IMG/VR virus record: IMGVR_UViG_3300025141_014484
Span: 545-64,544 of that record
Strand: one strand, 5' to 3'
Length of the DNA: 64,000 nucleotides
DNA from: a virus
Lineage: Duplodnaviria; Caudoviricetes
How positions within the stretch are numbered: position 1 is the first letter of the stretch; each line of letters starts with the position of its first letter. Below are positions 49,201 to 57,812 of the stretch, in pieces. The notes under the pieces were generated by a model. That model did not search any database and was not told the DNA's origin. It saw only the letters and a program-made list of their open reading frames with translations. The translations under genes and the position numbers were made by a program.

Positions 49201-49691
49201 TCATGCGCTATAAAGAGATGGATCCTGTAGCCATGTATGTATTTGAATTTGGAGTGAACATTACTCAAGAGGACCTCGCGAGAATGTGGCAGAACTTGCC
49301 GCCTTCGGTCGGAGAAACATTCACTAAAAAAGAAGCTACGGTCGAGCATAAATTACTGAAAGAGCATATGCTAAATAAAACCAATAGAAAAATTACTGAG
49401 GACTTAAGGTGGCTCGTGTTCAAAGTAAAGATAAGAGCTCAGCAGGGATATGACAGATTTAAAGTAAAGAATTTGGCTTCTGATCCTGATGGCATTCCAA
49501 GCTATATTGGGGACGCTCCCTATTCTTACAACTGGCCTTACGATTATTTCTCTCTCGTTGAGCTAGTTAAGATTGATGAAGCATTAGGGTTTGAGTCAAC
49601 GGCGCCTCCCGACTCTACAACACAAATAATTGGGACCGTGAACGTTGACATACCAAATCCTATTATAACAACGCCACTGAGTGACACATAA
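40260..49691 (+). CDS. Giant baseplate/tail protein with LamG-like domains and a gp7/gpI-like wedge motif (3143 aa)
   Basis: TVECWLK...WHHYAF...YIDG...LDEFRYW and WSFWL...WIHVAVVYDG...FVNG...ISDIAFYNKTL (LamG); IYKSKGTRQSFRNLLRCFG. Confidence 0.75.
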   Translation: MSLAGLFKNIAVTKIVDDKTAEEIGRIVESSDYHKADIIDEKRYVPLIDFSEPKNFAKYGSAEKYYEDSFTYVSSLYPYDGSLAEKLQWKNSGSYLDIYIFDREYPRTNGYINLSYDTWGTPAYVPTLAAYDGYGIPNASTDYEYISVDGGPGLGGGPQAQSANIYDPANNRESNLEFDLTKGVTVECWLKKSAFNTSNTEKEVLIDLWNNELSSSNSYGRFRLELTGTTASPAWTATVLSGSDPTVNGFQWQTFGTGSSSDIADDLWHHYAFSFLSASAGVTAKYYIDGSLQTTENLGTVGINKITGSMQAYIGALITKPSGSTAPSSAIAKSGKMSASLDEFRYWKTQRSSEKIGKYWFTQVGGGTNTDLANTDLGVYYKFNEGITTTASVDSVVLDYSGRVSNGTWTGYSSGARNTGSAIVEASASATEFKDPIIYEAHPDVQSKLATLKLTGSVHDNDNSSLLFSYFPSWMQSRDVEDGSELKKLTQIMSSYFDTLYLQVEDFANIKNIRYVTGSVLKENTLGSRLLASKGLLAPELFLDADILEQLGDRSLEREYRDSLANIKNSIYQNIYNNLSNIYKSKGTRQSFRNLLRCFGVDEKIFKLNVYGNNVQYDIRNNRELYSSKKRYVDFSVNARFDATLFQQTSSLDSNTVGFITGSSQLTGGFATTLETYVQFPHKPDPFEKKYSDYEFNYLTSSLFGVHTVDQAHPELLSWNSPDNTNFQVYAIRDEMNSTDACFILSSSAGGLIPTLSSSYYDDVYSNTNWVFAVTVKPEKYPLVNYITGSHEDIDNNEFYIVEFKGTQVEAGLEVNSFFVSASVNCSLVQGDGPGFVTGSKRAYVGAHRQNFTGSVLHKSDVRVGFCRYWLDDIVPSQLVAHGMDIHNYGTENPSRSPYLFQNNLEFNIDFVEEDTLALNWDFETLTGSNSTGTFTTIDFSSGSTIMQSEQFGILGDILGAQHSGYGYGFPVNTTSSISVDYVLASEIQDFEKLNASDMISVLNTQDDIQFTRESRPINYLFAIEKSMNQTISENMIKMFSVINDFNNIVGEPVNKYRDNYKQLRVLRQKFFDRVGNTPDLDKYVEYYKWFDSALSKLIEQLIPASAEFSKDVRTVVESHILERNKYQFRFPTMDLKGGEYSGDVRSPLPLSPGWQFTHHPVNDQQDTNSNYWKTLASRDKGLLKTDDNLLNANKQITFDNTAASTRARKEKNIYRFVTTKSRVIKAGNNYSPRKVQNYVFPATAPWGPNILHSNVPENIMLSFASDVEDFKDTVDVLNPSEKKRMKFGIDPTINKSVNVSDKADGNTLAPFSLYSSSTATGYNAEVSTYYSASVELTNLHEDIVGNSDTRPLQGPFTEKFVGGRFYRHTELNDGNDTRFTRAEGFRLQLGGLALDGYPGALGIVPPNYPFLDSPPGSAPEGFLPELKTAHRLRDENSKRPVNIKNILMTTASADTRLSGTILHSKIGNYSKNYQVVQTAGRTINDPFFQDQSFDFALNPQSPYPRLPTVDRHPAQNIRVRNTTAISIDTTSNTFRFDADAVPAMNTNKQETWSFWLNCTNPGSVQFFIVGDNSDDRVMGLTAANKLIFQAYFTGDNGQWTTDLAVTTGNEWIHVAVVYDGSSDANDPQMFVNGAEVALDPVATIRPTNTLNDYTGWISLGQANLTRFTGYISDIAFYNKTLTNKEIAAVYGNSTLDLKNYGPPRVESNLLLWYRCGNGPGDSTSAIIDQMGNTNLVAVNSPSLIDISPGDCLVTANDNNFALPDRSGANSNKTVFVNRFSAPGSYEALSRGYLDPAHEEKSVYNVLPYRNLSVLNYGTEASTSADPTIANAIVVNDSVVSRARGLRQRQTVHNAQFGYDGVYTDSPAAYKVNRNRKLRVEDHYNSSFVTASVYDNWFSHRPIPRSEQQYSWITASMDPEKIIYGYSELSGGYFVQSLPLISSSYLLDATTPGLTVGVADFVGMNRFVFEPLTGSTNTLGYPVSAPLSSYRNTFKLQPGSISTPDIFNTVLLSRNGPYGWPTWKQIRVGENPVRRYHERNSILSVRTKTATDTRVGSQKGNTITQFTEPQVYSSEIPIVHKMTTGIPGTTVTVPSVFKSSFGNKLIHLANYEANNLLNITKDYQSSDLYFNRINSMILKDQNNDATVAGSLSQISAIYAQTVYPAGYNANLNRTRARENYTIADIWDNTRTSRSTYSGTTNSQGTTIVSASIWPLDGHNHYETTSSVGQTGSAGALIYDSDGAGELQNGYSRYFQSGSGGTMNYLAPAATYASRLPLGSTGSFDVFGGDVVWQAGAQSGLGLVPYKTYEQYAEYLRLVGKDYSIVPEFRISNHVGSYILNNNPTSLTSSVGLFDLTGSAYENSSETGFYKTYANSDFMKMFEVVEEAYEGQELVDGSKMSMDTIALRCSALCKFLPYKGFYPAERTLELATLLSQSYGDSLVLNSLSASSATGPINGDTAVYRALLEPLFAPGIMYNTIKSGLAVSNFVVTCTASAPLEPSSPPSTGKPASVSASFMGGSHSTVVDNLPNPTALPEGDVWFEQMLYFPVDVLNDGPRGTPGTTIAQGASTNGFIYQKVPFEAIKTPSNYLSNRNLRTELGGSGRIYDNGLGSASLEDYNESKFNYVEFSGAGDKRYEFAVDNFLCETVNFFENGLTSISSKREDEFKEVLSGSTYSMSLTLHRPISGPSDLSGTSNSAMQHPPNLTGPANRDAFEMYRRVSAFGPPLASIDIEDPGSGEFSASYSHLTPAYFAGTGSAHLAFTAPYDGIPALADIFANTIVTYTRHETTPLYIKNNGSGENQSAPTEFRVNVDDSFDLFGSVDIVSEGTTAGVKRWLLQSKFETPILNFANSTSSIYPPSTDPRYVGGTAVATTDAGGLTGSGMWHTFGELATGSNGVFATVTAPRRNSLADIVGIPVGSPQRIGEIKQRGQLQEAVVAVPFVMGEDGRRKFYKLQADDLDAKKSIMGHLGKYVFPPRFDFMRYKEMDPVAMYVFEFGVNITQEDLARMWQNLPPSVGETFTKKEATVEHKLLKEHMLNKTNRKITEDLRWLVFKVKIRAQQGYDRFKVKNLASDPDGIPSYIGDAPYSYNWPYDYFSLVELVKIDEALGFESTAPPDSTTQIIGTVNVDIPNPIITTPLSDT

Positions 49692-50791
49692 TGCAGTTTT
49701 TTGATGATAAAGAAGAAGTAATGGATGTTATCCTTACCCCCTTTGGAAAGCACTTGCTTTCGCAAGGACGTCTGGATCCCACATATTATGCTTTTTATGA
49801 TGATGGCATACTATATGATTCTGCTTGGGCTTCTGGGTCCAATGAAGTGCAAAACAATATTGAGACAAGAATTCAAAATGATACACCAAGAACAAAACAA
49901 CAATCTGTTTTTAGTGGGGTAGAAACGAATGTAAAGGTGAGGAATGAATTAATACGAAACGCACTGAGCGCCTCGGGGTGGTCTCCGATCGACGGCCTAG
50001 GCGACACCCAGAACACCCCATATGTTGCACAAGATACTGAGAACAATAAAATTTATAATCAAGAAGCGCTCCAGCAAACCGGTGATAGGTTTGACTTTAT
50101 GAATCTACCCCTCGGCCGTTCTGCGATCAATTCTAAAAAGTTGCCCGCGTGGAACCTGAGTATGCTTAAAGGGGAGATCTCCGGCAGCTCAGGCTCTGTC
50201 GCGACCACTTCTGGCTTTGAACAAATTCCACAAATGAATATTACCATGAAATATAAGATATATGTTGATGAAATGGGAAACAACCAACCGGCCCTGGCTT
50301 CCAATAGTACAACTGTAGCTTATAGTAACACTATCTTCCCCACTCCAGAAACAACGCCACCCTTAAACGTAAGCGGCGAAATAAGTCCAGATCAATTTAC
50401 AGAAATAGCTTCTCTCATATTTGATGATCAAACGTATTTTTCGATTCAAAATGGTAAGATAATTATTGATCTTTTGGAAGAAAATGTTGATTTCAAAAAA
50501 GAGAACTTTGATATCCAAGTTTTCATAAGCGGTTCAACATTTGATGGTAGCGACGCCCAGCCTATGCAGTTGTATTATATAGCAGATGAGTTCGCCCCTC
50601 CTCAGGTTGATGATGTGGAAAAATATTTAACCATAAGAACCGATAAACAAATTTCAGATTCCCGAATCAGCTTCTCAAACCTTAAGACAACCACGGGCCT
50701 ATTAACAGATAGCAGCACCACAAACGTGATCAGCACTCGGGAATTCTTAATTAAGGATCTTTATGGGCCCGAAGAGGATATATGTGACTAA
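49691..50791 (+). CDS. Putative baseplate/tail structural protein
   Basis: N-terminus (DVILTPFGKHLLSQG...YYAFYDDGILY) is paralogous to the 57813 gene. Confidence 0.65.
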   Translation: MQFFDDKEEVMDVILTPFGKHLLSQGRLDPTYYAFYDDGILYDSAWASGSNEVQNNIETRIQNDTPRTKQQSVFSGVETNVKVRNELIRNALSASGWSPIDGLGDTQNTPYVAQDTENNKIYNQEALQQTGDRFDFMNLPLGRSAINSKKLPAWNLSMLKGEISGSSGSVATTSGFEQIPQMNITMKYKIYVDEMGNNQPALASNSTTVAYSNTIFPTPETTPPLNVSGEISPDQFTEIASLIFDDQTYFSIQNGKIIIDLLEENVDFKKENFDIQVFISGSTFDGSDAQPMQLYYIADEFAPPQVDDVEKYLTIRTDKQISDSRISFSNLKTTTGLLTDSSTTNVISTREFLIKDLYGPEEDICD

Positions 50792-53700
50792 TGAACCTAT
50801 TAATCGGCTCCAGCTCTGAAACACTGAATATTAACCAGACTATTGTTAATAAAGATAGCACCGGATATACCCTGGATATAAAGGTTGGTGTTGTGTATTC
50901 TAACCCCGCAAACACATTTGCGGGCAAAAATTTGTTTATAATTGCTTCCACTAGTGATGGGATGACAAACGAATTTATGACTAACCCGAACGCGGCCATA
51001 CCGTATATGAAAGGACTAAAGCAAAGTCAAGAGATTATGGTGCAGTCTTATGGTATGGGAAGCAGTGGTCAGTCTCTTCCGACTACTCAACCATCTATGG
51101 GTTATCTTATTAAGAGTTTTACAAAAAGAATAGAAATAAACAAAACAAATATTGATGATCTAACAATCTTTGCCGGCATCTATAAAGTTACACACAAAAA
51201 AGTGGGCGATATATATTCTATTATTGCAAACGATACCCTAAGAATTTTTAAAGACGGAAATGTGCCCGAACAGAACTTGGTTTTATTTGAAAATGAGGCA
51301 CGAACCAAGCTATGGATTGGCAACGCATTTCAGGCCACCTCGGGTCTCTGGTATAAGTCTGCATCTGGTCCCGTTAAAGAGTCCAATCAGCTCCATGTCA
51401 AAATGGTTCCTAACACAAAAGTCACGTATGAAAGTGACATAGCAGAAAAAGTACTACAGCTCTCAAAAAGTAATTTATTTAACCTGAATAAACTTGTGAA
51501 TTCAAAACAAGCAATAGTGAATAAACTAAAGTCCGAAACAAGAAACTATTTTTCACCTCTTTACTATGCCAAAACACGAAGTTTATCTCTTCCGTTATCA
51601 TTTTCGTTTAATCGACTAGCGTTCTATAGGAATAATGGAGCGTTTTCACATCTTATAAAAAACGATGCATCACTTATAGAATCACTAGACATTGTTGCCA
51701 CGAGGATCCTGCGTAAGAGGGTGACGGTAAATCGTCCCCAAAATCGGCTAACTGCAGTTGGGCCAACAAAGGACTTTGATGGTATTGAAAGTGTTGTAAC
51801 CAACAGTCCGGATTATGTTAACTTTTTACAAAGTACAAATATCATTGATATAGTAGCCGACGACAAAGAGATGAACGATATTACTTATGGATTATATGCA
51901 TACGGGGTAGAATTAACAATTCTCGACAATACTCATAATAAGTTACAAAGTGTTTTAAACCAAAATCAGATAGGCCTTCGTCCTCGTGTTTCCCAAATAG
52001 AAGATATTTATCTGGAGATGATACAACCTGGGCACTACAATGCATATAGTGATTGTTTAACAGAGGAATATAAGAGTCTTTATACTACATCTGACCGCGA
52101 AACAAACGTCATAGAATGTATAAAATCATATATAAGCGCCCTCTCTTTGTTCCACGCTAACTTCGCGTCCGGGTTTGGCTCCACGCCCGACCTTCTGGCT
52201 GTTCAAATTTATTCAATGATAAACCCCTTAACCAATGGCCCTGTGGCTCTCTCTGGTTTAATAAAGCTAGTTAAGGATTTAATAAGCCAAATTAGTAGAA
52301 AGATATATGCTGGAAATGTTCCTTCATCCACGGCACAAAATGTTACCACTAAAAGTTCCAAATTGGGTTCGGGAGCAAGACTTATCAAAGTAAAACACTA
52401 TTTTGACAGTATTGTGGATGCCGATGACCTTACTAATAAGGGCTATGATTATTTTTCTACGAGCGAAGAAGACGTAACAAATCCTGTTTATGCACCATTT
52501 AGATATATCTCTTATGATAATTTCGCCAATATTATCACCCTAGAAGAGGAAAAATATAATGATTTTACTTTTACAGCTGCTGATGTGATAGCTATTACAC
52601 CCAATTATTTTAACCTGGGGGGTAGTGATATAAAAATAAATTCAAATGATGCGAATCAAGATAGTCTTAATTCTCTTGTGGGAACTTCGATTCTAGCAGC
52701 CAACAAGTACATGAATTCGCCAATAGACTTCCAGCAATTCTCCATAAATAATAACTCTACGTCTAAGAGCACAACCTCTCTATCAATTTTAAATAATCAG
52801 TTAAAAGTCATGGAAAAACAAAATTGTGTGGTGTCGGTTGACACAGGGGGAGATAGTTTATTCTCCTCGCTATCGCCAGGAAGCTCTCTATCAGACAGCG
52901 CTCTGCTCGATATAGCAGAAAAATTTGATGAATCATCACCGCTTATAATCAATAAGGGAGGGTACGCCTCTTTCTCTAGTTTTTTTAATAGCGTAAACAA
53001 CAACAACTCGGGGGAGAAATTCAATAAGTTTGTAGGTAATCTTAATGAGAATATTTTAACCTATTTAATTCAAACGGATTATTTCGCGGCCCCAGCAGGC
53101 CCAACAACTCCTAGAATGGCTATCAAAAATTTTACTGATAAGAAAGTTTTTACTTCTAAAAACTCCACTATTGCGACTTTTAAAGCGGACGCTGCAAAAA
53201 ACACTAATATCGGAAGAAGCCGCGGCGCACAGATAGTTGCCACAGCTCTGATCGGCGGCCCCGTGACCACCGGGCCCGTGCTTCAAACTCTTAGTTATGG
53301 AAACTTATTTGATACGCCGGTTTCAGCGTCCCTAACGACAACAGCTGCCATTAAATATGGAAATGTTAAAAAAGTTCAATATTTTGCTGGTTATAGAAAA
53401 CAAAATAATTCTATATTTATGAAGGATCCTGTTTGGATCGATTTAACTGGTACCACGTTGGCCAACGCGCAGTCATCCGGGCGTCAACTTTTATGTAGGA
53501 TTGCGGAATCATATTCTGAGTTTAGTAAATATGCTGGTATAGAATCACCAGTGTATGATAGAATTTTTATTATAGGCCTCCAGCCGACTTTGCCCTCGTC
53601 GTCGCCCACTAGCGTTGCCGGCTTTACTACTTTGCCAGAAGGTAATTTTAGTTCTATGGAAGATATGATTGAAATGGATCAAAGTATGTTACAATATTCG

Positions 53701-54015
53701 CAGGCGTCCAACGGTGACTACAATCCTGATCATCCTCAGGAAAATGGAAATGGCAATGGAAATTCCAGCCTGTATACAAACGGGGGCGACTTCTTGCTTC
53801 CGAATGGTGACCAATATATTGGTTTCTATCATATTTATTATATGGCAAGCGAAAATAAAAATATTGCAATGGTTGGGCCCACACATTCTTCTGCCCCACA
53901 TGAAAAACTGGCGCCTGTGTCGAACAAAGCGCGGCGACTACTTCGAGATACCCCACCTCCGGGCCAGACTTCAGACCAAGGAGGCACAGGCCCAACCGGA
54001 ATGGGAGGGTACTAA
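50791..54015 (+). CDS. Putative virion structural protein (1074 aa)
   Basis: Coupled ORF in the structural block; discrete C-terminal LYTNGGDF...YIGFYH...GPTH module. Confidence 0.65.
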   Translation: MNLLIGSSSETLNINQTIVNKDSTGYTLDIKVGVVYSNPANTFAGKNLFIIASTSDGMTNEFMTNPNAAIPYMKGLKQSQEIMVQSYGMGSSGQSLPTTQPSMGYLIKSFTKRIEINKTNIDDLTIFAGIYKVTHKKVGDIYSIIANDTLRIFKDGNVPEQNLVLFENEARTKLWIGNAFQATSGLWYKSASGPVKESNQLHVKMVPNTKVTYESDIAEKVLQLSKSNLFNLNKLVNSKQAIVNKLKSETRNYFSPLYYAKTRSLSLPLSFSFNRLAFYRNNGAFSHLIKNDASLIESLDIVATRILRKRVTVNRPQNRLTAVGPTKDFDGIESVVTNSPDYVNFLQSTNIIDIVADDKEMNDITYGLYAYGVELTILDNTHNKLQSVLNQNQIGLRPRVSQIEDIYLEMIQPGHYNAYSDCLTEEYKSLYTTSDRETNVIECIKSYISALSLFHANFASGFGSTPDLLAVQIYSMINPLTNGPVALSGLIKLVKDLISQISRKIYAGNVPSSTAQNVTTKSSKLGSGARLIKVKHYFDSIVDADDLTNKGYDYFSTSEEDVTNPVYAPFRYISYDNFANIITLEEEKYNDFTFTAADVIAITPNYFNLGGSDIKINSNDANQDSLNSLVGTSILAANKYMNSPIDFQQFSINNNSTSKSTTSLSILNNQLKVMEKQNCVVSVDTGGDSLFSSLSPGSSLSDSALLDIAEKFDESSPLIINKGGYASFSSFFNSVNNNNSGEKFNKFVGNLNENILTYLIQTDYFAAPAGPTTPRMAIKNFTDKKVFTSKNSTIATFKADAAKNTNIGRSRGAQIVATALIGGPVTTGPVLQTLSYGNLFDTPVSASLTTTAAIKYGNVKKVQYFAGYRKQNNSIFMKDPVWIDLTGTTLANAQSSGRQLLCRIAESYSEFSKYAGIESPVYDRIFIIGLQPTLPSSSPTSVAGFTTLPEGNFSSMEDMIEMDQSMLQYSQASNGDYNPDHPQENGNGNGNSSLYTNGGDFLLPNGDQYIGFYHIYYMASENKNIAMVGPTHSSAPHEKLAPVSNKARRLLRDTPPPGQTSDQGGTGPTGMGGY

Positions 54016-54021
54016 TAAATA

Positions 54022-57000
54022 ATGTCTCGCCATATTATACTTTTTGATCGTAATTCTCTCGTTGGGGTGGCTCGAAAAACCCGGCGTTCCGGCTGGGAAC
54101 TCACCACAGATGCCGCCAGAGGCCATCCGATGATTAGTCGGCAATCCCCCGCGACCGCAGATTACTTTAGGAAATCTGCGGCACTATATTATAGTTGGGA
54201 TGAGGGCACCAGGCCCGGGGACTATAGTAAATTACGTATTTTAAGTGGCCGAGCGCGCCGCGGCGAGCTTTGGCGGCTTGGCAGTGTCAACGAGACAGTT
54301 GGGCTTAATGTAACAAACCAAGTCGATTTTGAGTCGAATATACTTTTGCCGCCGCTCGCGACAGACTTACAGGAGGCCTTCGATTCCTTCGCTCAGAGCG
54401 CTTGGGCCACTTGGGGCAACGCAGGGGCGCAACTGGACATTCTTTTTCGAGCTGGCAACGGATCAGCATGGGGAGAAGACATAGTAGTAAAGATCCAAGG
54501 AGATAATAGTGCGTGGGTGCAGAGATCCAACTATGCCGGAGTTTCTGGGGTCTTAAGGGAGCTGTTTAATGAGCCTTATTGGTCTAATTGGCAAGCTTAT
54601 GTGATGGGTGGCTTGGCCCTAGGGGACAATGATGAAACAGAACAGGATATAGAGGGCGGACATATTGATCGCTCCGGCATCCCGGGCGTCTTCGGCCCCG
54701 ACATGGTCAATAGACCTTATCTTGATCACAATACTAAAATTAATTTAATGTTGCCCCAAGACATAAGCACGAGCGCCACTTATGGATATTATAGTGCATT
54801 TTTTGATCAATTGAAAAATAATCCAAACGTGAAGGAAGTTTACATTCCCAATTTTTATTTGGTAAGTTCTATTCTATCAGCGGGAGGTAACTATTCCTAC
54901 CCAACCTTATATAATAATTATAATCAGGATCAGTCACCCGTCGCCCCCTTGCCGGCGTCTGTTAGTAAAGTAAAAGAACTTCTATCTGAAGCCGTAGCAT
55001 CGTCCCATCCCAGTGGCGATGATGTTCTAGACTCGTCTGTACCGCTCACGATTAATAATATTCAGATATCCCCCCAGACACCAAATTCCTTACTATCCCG
55101 CTTCGCGCGCGCCGACTTCACCGCAACTAGTTCTCTTGTCGCGGTAGAAAATGCAAATAAACATATTGGCCTGACAGCCCAGATGGTGAAATCGCAGGAG
55201 ACCACACAGACGTCTATAGTATCGGATATGAATGTGCAGGATAATATTTACCCCTGTTCTATAAATATACAATTTTCATCGCCAACGGCCGGCACTGAGG
55301 AACCCGAGATAGTGCAGTCCTTAAGCTTAGATGGCAATGATTCGCGTGAGACCTTCTATAATTTTGTATTGTATGAGGTTATGAAAGCCAACATCTTGAA
55401 CTATAAAAATGAGCCTGCGGACGCTGCTGTCCCGCTCTATGAAGAAATTCCTTTTTCTGCGAAGATCGTATACGACGCGGACATTCGCTATAGAGGCATT
55501 GATTGGACGGGCACCGGCCCATGGGAGCAACAATCGCCGGGGAACACAGCCCGGGAGGAGTATCCACTTCGAACTATCGATTTTGCAAATATGTTTAGAA
55601 ATATATATCAACAACAAGATTATAATTTTTATGGTTCCGGATCAAACTATAATGGATTTATAGGGCAAACAGAGGCATATAATGTTGTGGATGGAAAAGG
55701 AATTATTGTTGGCCAACGGTATAAGCCGATCGGCCCGACCGCGAACGGGAATTTCGCCGAACCGGGCGCCATCGATTTTCATAATGCCGCCTTCGGCCTT
55801 CTGGGCGCGGCCAACTCAATCGAATTCTACACGGATCTTGCAGGTTTTACTAACGAAAAGATGCGATCAGTTTATGATATTTTCAGTCATACATACGCGT
55901 TCGCTGAACCACTCGTTTTTAAATTAGATAAACACGAAGTCTTACCTAATGGCGACGTAAAAGGGGAGCCGATCCAAAGTATTTATATACCAAAAACAGG
56001 CGATGTAGTAAAATACAAAGATACACAGGTTTTTGCTGGTAAACAATACAAGTATAAGTTCTACTCTTATAATTTAGTAGAAGGGAACAGCTATTTATAT
56101 GATTCTCCACAGGTATACCCAACGATCCAGGGGGCATATCCAAGTCAACTTGGGCGACGTTTGGGCTTCTATACGGACCAAAGCCCCGGCGGAGTCAATG
56201 TAGGCAGAATCTGGAATGATCTGGGTCAACAGGACCTTGTTAAAAATGTATATGTTGGGAAGCTACTAAATTTCACCGGTGAACACACCCACAGCGTTAA
56301 GCATTTGGATGACAGCGACGCGGCTTTATATTCAGACCTTCCCGCTTCCCCCTACTTTGTAGATGTCCAGCGCGACGATATCAGTACCAATATGGTGGGG
56401 GTCGAAGTCTCGGACCCCGGCCCCATGGAGTCGCAGAAGGTGCACATCCCCTTCGGCCCTCAGGACAATCCGACCTACCTCGGGTTCACCACCATTGATC
56501 GACAACCCGAAGGCCTTATCCTCTCCATCGAAAACGCCTTAAATGCCACCTCTACGGGCAATCCCTGGAAGGTAAGGTTCTTTGTCGATAAGGACAATTG
56601 GGGCCAAGGAAGATTCGTGATCGCCCACCGCAGCGCCCTCGTGCTCTCCACCGCCGACCCCAACCTCTTCGCCCACCGCAGGGGTCTCTGGGAGGCCCTT
56701 AGCTGGTCCCAAGAGTATGAAGACTTAGCTCCTACCTCCGGCCAATTCCACCTGCCCGACGGTTACCTCTGGAGTAATTATTTGGATTTATTCGGCTTAG
56801 GCACAGCGCGACATTCGGTTTTGTCAGGCGGCCCTGGCCCTCGATACAACCTGATGTTTGGAACCGGCCCACATAGCCCCAATCCTACCATTCCATGGGA
56901 TGAAAACGAAGCTCAAGAGAGGGGAACCGCCAAGGTTACCGTAAAAAATCGAAAGTCTCTAAAGATAATTGAATTAGAAATTGGCGAAACTAATCCCGTA

Positions 57001-57771
57001 GCAGTTACAGACTTGCCGCCCCAGTTCCCTAATGTGGATATTTTCCCGCTCAGAGGAGTCAACAACAAAATTAAAATACTCTTGAACGAATCCAATCATA
57101 CAGATTCCTATGTTCCTATTATTATTAATGCTTCTGATGAACAAATTTTTGAAGATGTCAGAATTGCTCAAGGGCGCAACATTGGCGAAGGCCTTCTTTT
57201 TGGGTCAGACGATAGCAAGATTCAATTTGAAATTTATCGAATCGAAACAGAACCAACTTCTTATGCTGATTTTTCTGGTCATCGAAGCCATAATCTTGAT
57301 ACTGTGACACCGTCGGGTATAAGCGTCGAAAGCGCTAGCACTGTGGACATAATTCAACCTAATACAGTATATTATTATTGCTTTAGGACTGTGGATAAAA
57401 ATGGTTATATTTCCAACCCTAGTCCTGTTCTAAAGGTACAAATGATCGACGATAATGGTCGTATTTACCCCATAATAGAGCCATATACTGTTGAGCCGAA
57501 AGAAATCAGAAAGACAGAAAAATCTTTTAAAAGATATCTAGAGATAGATGCCTCCCTAGAGGAGAAAAATATTAATTTAGGATCCCCGCCAGATCTTTCG
57601 TCGGCTGGCTCGTTGGTGTTCCCTCCAACCGTGGAAATGGGAGACGTAATATGGGGTAGCGCAACCACCTTTAAGGTAAGGATAATTAGCAAAGACACGG
57701 GAAGAAAATTGGACTTGAATATAGATTTTGATATAGAAGCAATACCTAATCCTAAATTACAAGGAAATTAA
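54022..57771 (+). CDS. Putative virion structural protein (1249 aa) with FN3-like segments
   Basis: YKDTQV..GKQYKYKF and IQPNTVYYYCFRTVDKNGYISNPS (fibronectin-III-like strand patterns). Confidence 0.65.
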   Translation: MSRHIILFDRNSLVGVARKTRRSGWELTTDAARGHPMISRQSPATADYFRKSAALYYSWDEGTRPGDYSKLRILSGRARRGELWRLGSVNETVGLNVTNQVDFESNILLPPLATDLQEAFDSFAQSAWATWGNAGAQLDILFRAGNGSAWGEDIVVKIQGDNSAWVQRSNYAGVSGVLRELFNEPYWSNWQAYVMGGLALGDNDETEQDIEGGHIDRSGIPGVFGPDMVNRPYLDHNTKINLMLPQDISTSATYGYYSAFFDQLKNNPNVKEVYIPNFYLVSSILSAGGNYSYPTLYNNYNQDQSPVAPLPASVSKVKELLSEAVASSHPSGDDVLDSSVPLTINNIQISPQTPNSLLSRFARADFTATSSLVAVENANKHIGLTAQMVKSQETTQTSIVSDMNVQDNIYPCSINIQFSSPTAGTEEPEIVQSLSLDGNDSRETFYNFVLYEVMKANILNYKNEPADAAVPLYEEIPFSAKIVYDADIRYRGIDWTGTGPWEQQSPGNTAREEYPLRTIDFANMFRNIYQQQDYNFYGSGSNYNGFIGQTEAYNVVDGKGIIVGQRYKPIGPTANGNFAEPGAIDFHNAAFGLLGAANSIEFYTDLAGFTNEKMRSVYDIFSHTYAFAEPLVFKLDKHEVLPNGDVKGEPIQSIYIPKTGDVVKYKDTQVFAGKQYKYKFYSYNLVEGNSYLYDSPQVYPTIQGAYPSQLGRRLGFYTDQSPGGVNVGRIWNDLGQQDLVKNVYVGKLLNFTGEHTHSVKHLDDSDAALYSDLPASPYFVDVQRDDISTNMVGVEVSDPGPMESQKVHIPFGPQDNPTYLGFTTIDRQPEGLILSIENALNATSTGNPWKVRFFVDKDNWGQGRFVIAHRSALVLSTADPNLFAHRRGLWEALSWSQEYEDLAPTSGQFHLPDGYLWSNYLDLFGLGTARHSVLSGGPGPRYNLMFGTGPHSPNPTIPWDENEAQERGTAKVTVKNRKSLKIIELEIGETNPVAVTDLPPQFPNVDIFPLRGVNNKIKILLNESNHTDSYVPIIINASDEQIFEDVRIAQGRNIGEGLLFGSDDSKIQFEIYRIETEPTSYADFSGHRSHNLDTVTPSGISVESASTVDIIQPNTVYYYCFRTVDKNGYISNPSPVLKVQMIDDNGRIYPIIEPYTVEPKEIRKTEKSFKRYLEIDASLEEKNINLGSPPDLSSAGSLVFPPTVEMGDVIWGSATTFKVRIISKDTGRKLDLNIDFDIEAIPNPKLQGN

Positions 57772-57783
57772 AAGATAGAGAAA

Positions 57784-57793
57784 CTATTTATAA
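57784..57793 (+). promoter_or_regulatory. Putative phage late-promoter motif (CTATTTA)
   Basis: ACTATTTATAA in the intergenic gap, 29 nt before ATG 57813. Confidence 0.55.
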
Positions 57794-57812
57794 TGAACAA
57801 GGATATAATATT

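Noticed and set aside
29942-57771. Diversity-generating retroelement, inteins or introns in the giant ORFs
   Set aside because: No reverse transcriptase, no template/variable repeat pair, and no intein or homing-endonuclease motifs recognised by eye.
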